DNA of 64,000 nucleotides from Lysobacterales bacterium (GTDB lineage Bacteria; Pseudomonadota; Gammaproteobacteria; Xanthomonadales; Xanthomonadaceae): NCBI GenBank assembly GCA_031419075.1, contig JANOKD010000069.1, positions 2,313 to 66,312 of the forward strand, read 5' to 3'. Shown piece by piece: positions 63,233 to 64,000 of this stretch (position 1 is its first letter; each line of letters starts with the position of its first letter). The notes under the pieces were generated by a model. It saw only the letters and a program-made list of their open reading frames with translations, ran no database searches and was not told where the DNA came from. The position numbers and the translations under genes were made by a program.

Positions 63233-64000
63233 GTGGCCGGTCGCACCAGCGAGCGTTCGCAGCTGCTGCTCGGTCCCTGCGATCCGGACAGCATCGCGGC
63301 GTGGATGCGGCGCTATCTCGAAGCACTGACGCTGAGGCACTTGAACAAACTCAACCTCAACGCACGCCGCAGCAATCTCGCTTGGTTCAATCAATGGTGC
63401 GTCGAACGCTGCATCGAGCGACCGGCACAGATCACGCATGGCCACGTCGTGCAGTTCCAAAAACACCTGTTCCTTGCGCGCAAGCCGAGCGGCGAGGCGT
63501 ATGCGATCAACGGTCAGCTGTCGGTGCTGAACAACGTGCAGGCGTGGTGCCGGTGGTTGGTGCGGCACGGACACTTGCCGAGCAATCCTGCGGCGGACCT
63601 CGATCTGCCGAAGAAGGTGATCTATCACCTGCGCGAGCCGCTGAATGCGAGCGAGGTCGAATCGGTGCTGTCGCAGCCCGATCTTGCCGATCCGTACGGG
63701 CTGCGTGATCGCGCGATCCTCGAACTGTTCTATGCGACCGGCATCCGCCGGCAGGAGCTGGCGAATCTGCTGACGACAGACATCGATGCGGAGCGCGGCT
63801 GTCTGTACGTGCGCCAGGGCAAGGGCCGCAAGGATCGGTTCGTGCCGATCGGGGAACGTGCGCTGGCGTGGGTGCGGAAATACGAGCGGGAAGCGCGGCC
63901 GTTGCTGCTGCTGGTGGACGGGCAAGGTCACACGAACGTGCAGGCGAACCCGGACGAACGACGGCTGTTCGTGAACCAGTACGGCCTGCCGCTGTCGGCG
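63233..64000 (+). CDS. Tyrosine recombinase (XerC/D-like integrase), 3' end beyond the window; absent from the ORF track
   Basis: My manual translation from GTG 63233: ...SNPAADLDLPK...LRDRAILELFYATGIRRQELANL...VRQGKGRKDRFVPIGERAL (catalytic Arg and Lys boxes). Confidence 0.9.
   Translation, partial: MAGRTSERSQLLLGPCDPDSIAAWMRRYLEALTLRHLNKLNLNARRSNLAWFNQWCVERCIERPAQITHGHVVQFQKHLFLARKPSGEAYAINGQLSVLNNVQAWCRWLVRHGHLPSNPAADLDLPKKVIYHLREPLNASEVESVLSQPDLADPYGLRDRAILELFYATGIRRQELANLLTTDIDAERGCLYVRQGKGRKDRFVPIGERALAWVRKYEREARPLLLLVDGQGHTNVQANPDERRLFVNQYGLPLSA

Larger units (their letters stand above)
60893..64000. mobile_element. Putative integrative element backbone (XRE - ATPase/helicase - tyrosine recombinase), incomplete in window
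   Basis: Repressor divergent from a replication-like ATPase with iteron-like repeats and an integrase; adjacent to an Rhs toxin downstream of a tRNA. Confidence 0.7.

Overview
High-GC gammaproteobacterial chromosome segment. The gene order and protein sequences are Xanthomonadales-like (inference). Positions 1-52.8 kb are mostly core genome: pilR/pilS, sucCD, nadE, bamD-rluD-pgeF, clpB, aspS, yebC-ruvC-ruvA-kup-ruvB, ybgC-tolQRAB-pal-cpoB, queE-queC and tRNA-Lys(TTT). Interspersed accessory genes include a lipase with its foldase, a TonB-dependent receptor, a secreted isoamylase, a ColRS-like two-component system with PAP2 and eptA, and two DUF3011 proteins. The intergenic spacers carry at least three families of palindromic REP-like repeats. 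These include a ~700 bp array of TGTCATCCCG hairpin doublets, two nested multi-family REP clusters, and a DUF559 nuclease gene flanked by inverted palindromes. Downstream of tRNA-Lys, whose 3' end is duplicated 116 bp later, lies an accessory island. It encodes a 2369-aa signal-peptide-bearing SpvB/FG-GAP/Rhs protein with an AT-richer C-terminal domain and a coupled candidate immunity gene. Next come an XRE repressor, a divergent primase-less AAA+ ATPase/helicase with 21-22 bp-spaced iteron-like repeats in its 3' end, and a tyrosine recombinase running off the window end that is missing from the ORF track. This Rhs + XRE/helicase/recombinase module is the best candidate for a poorly described mobile toxin-swapping system.
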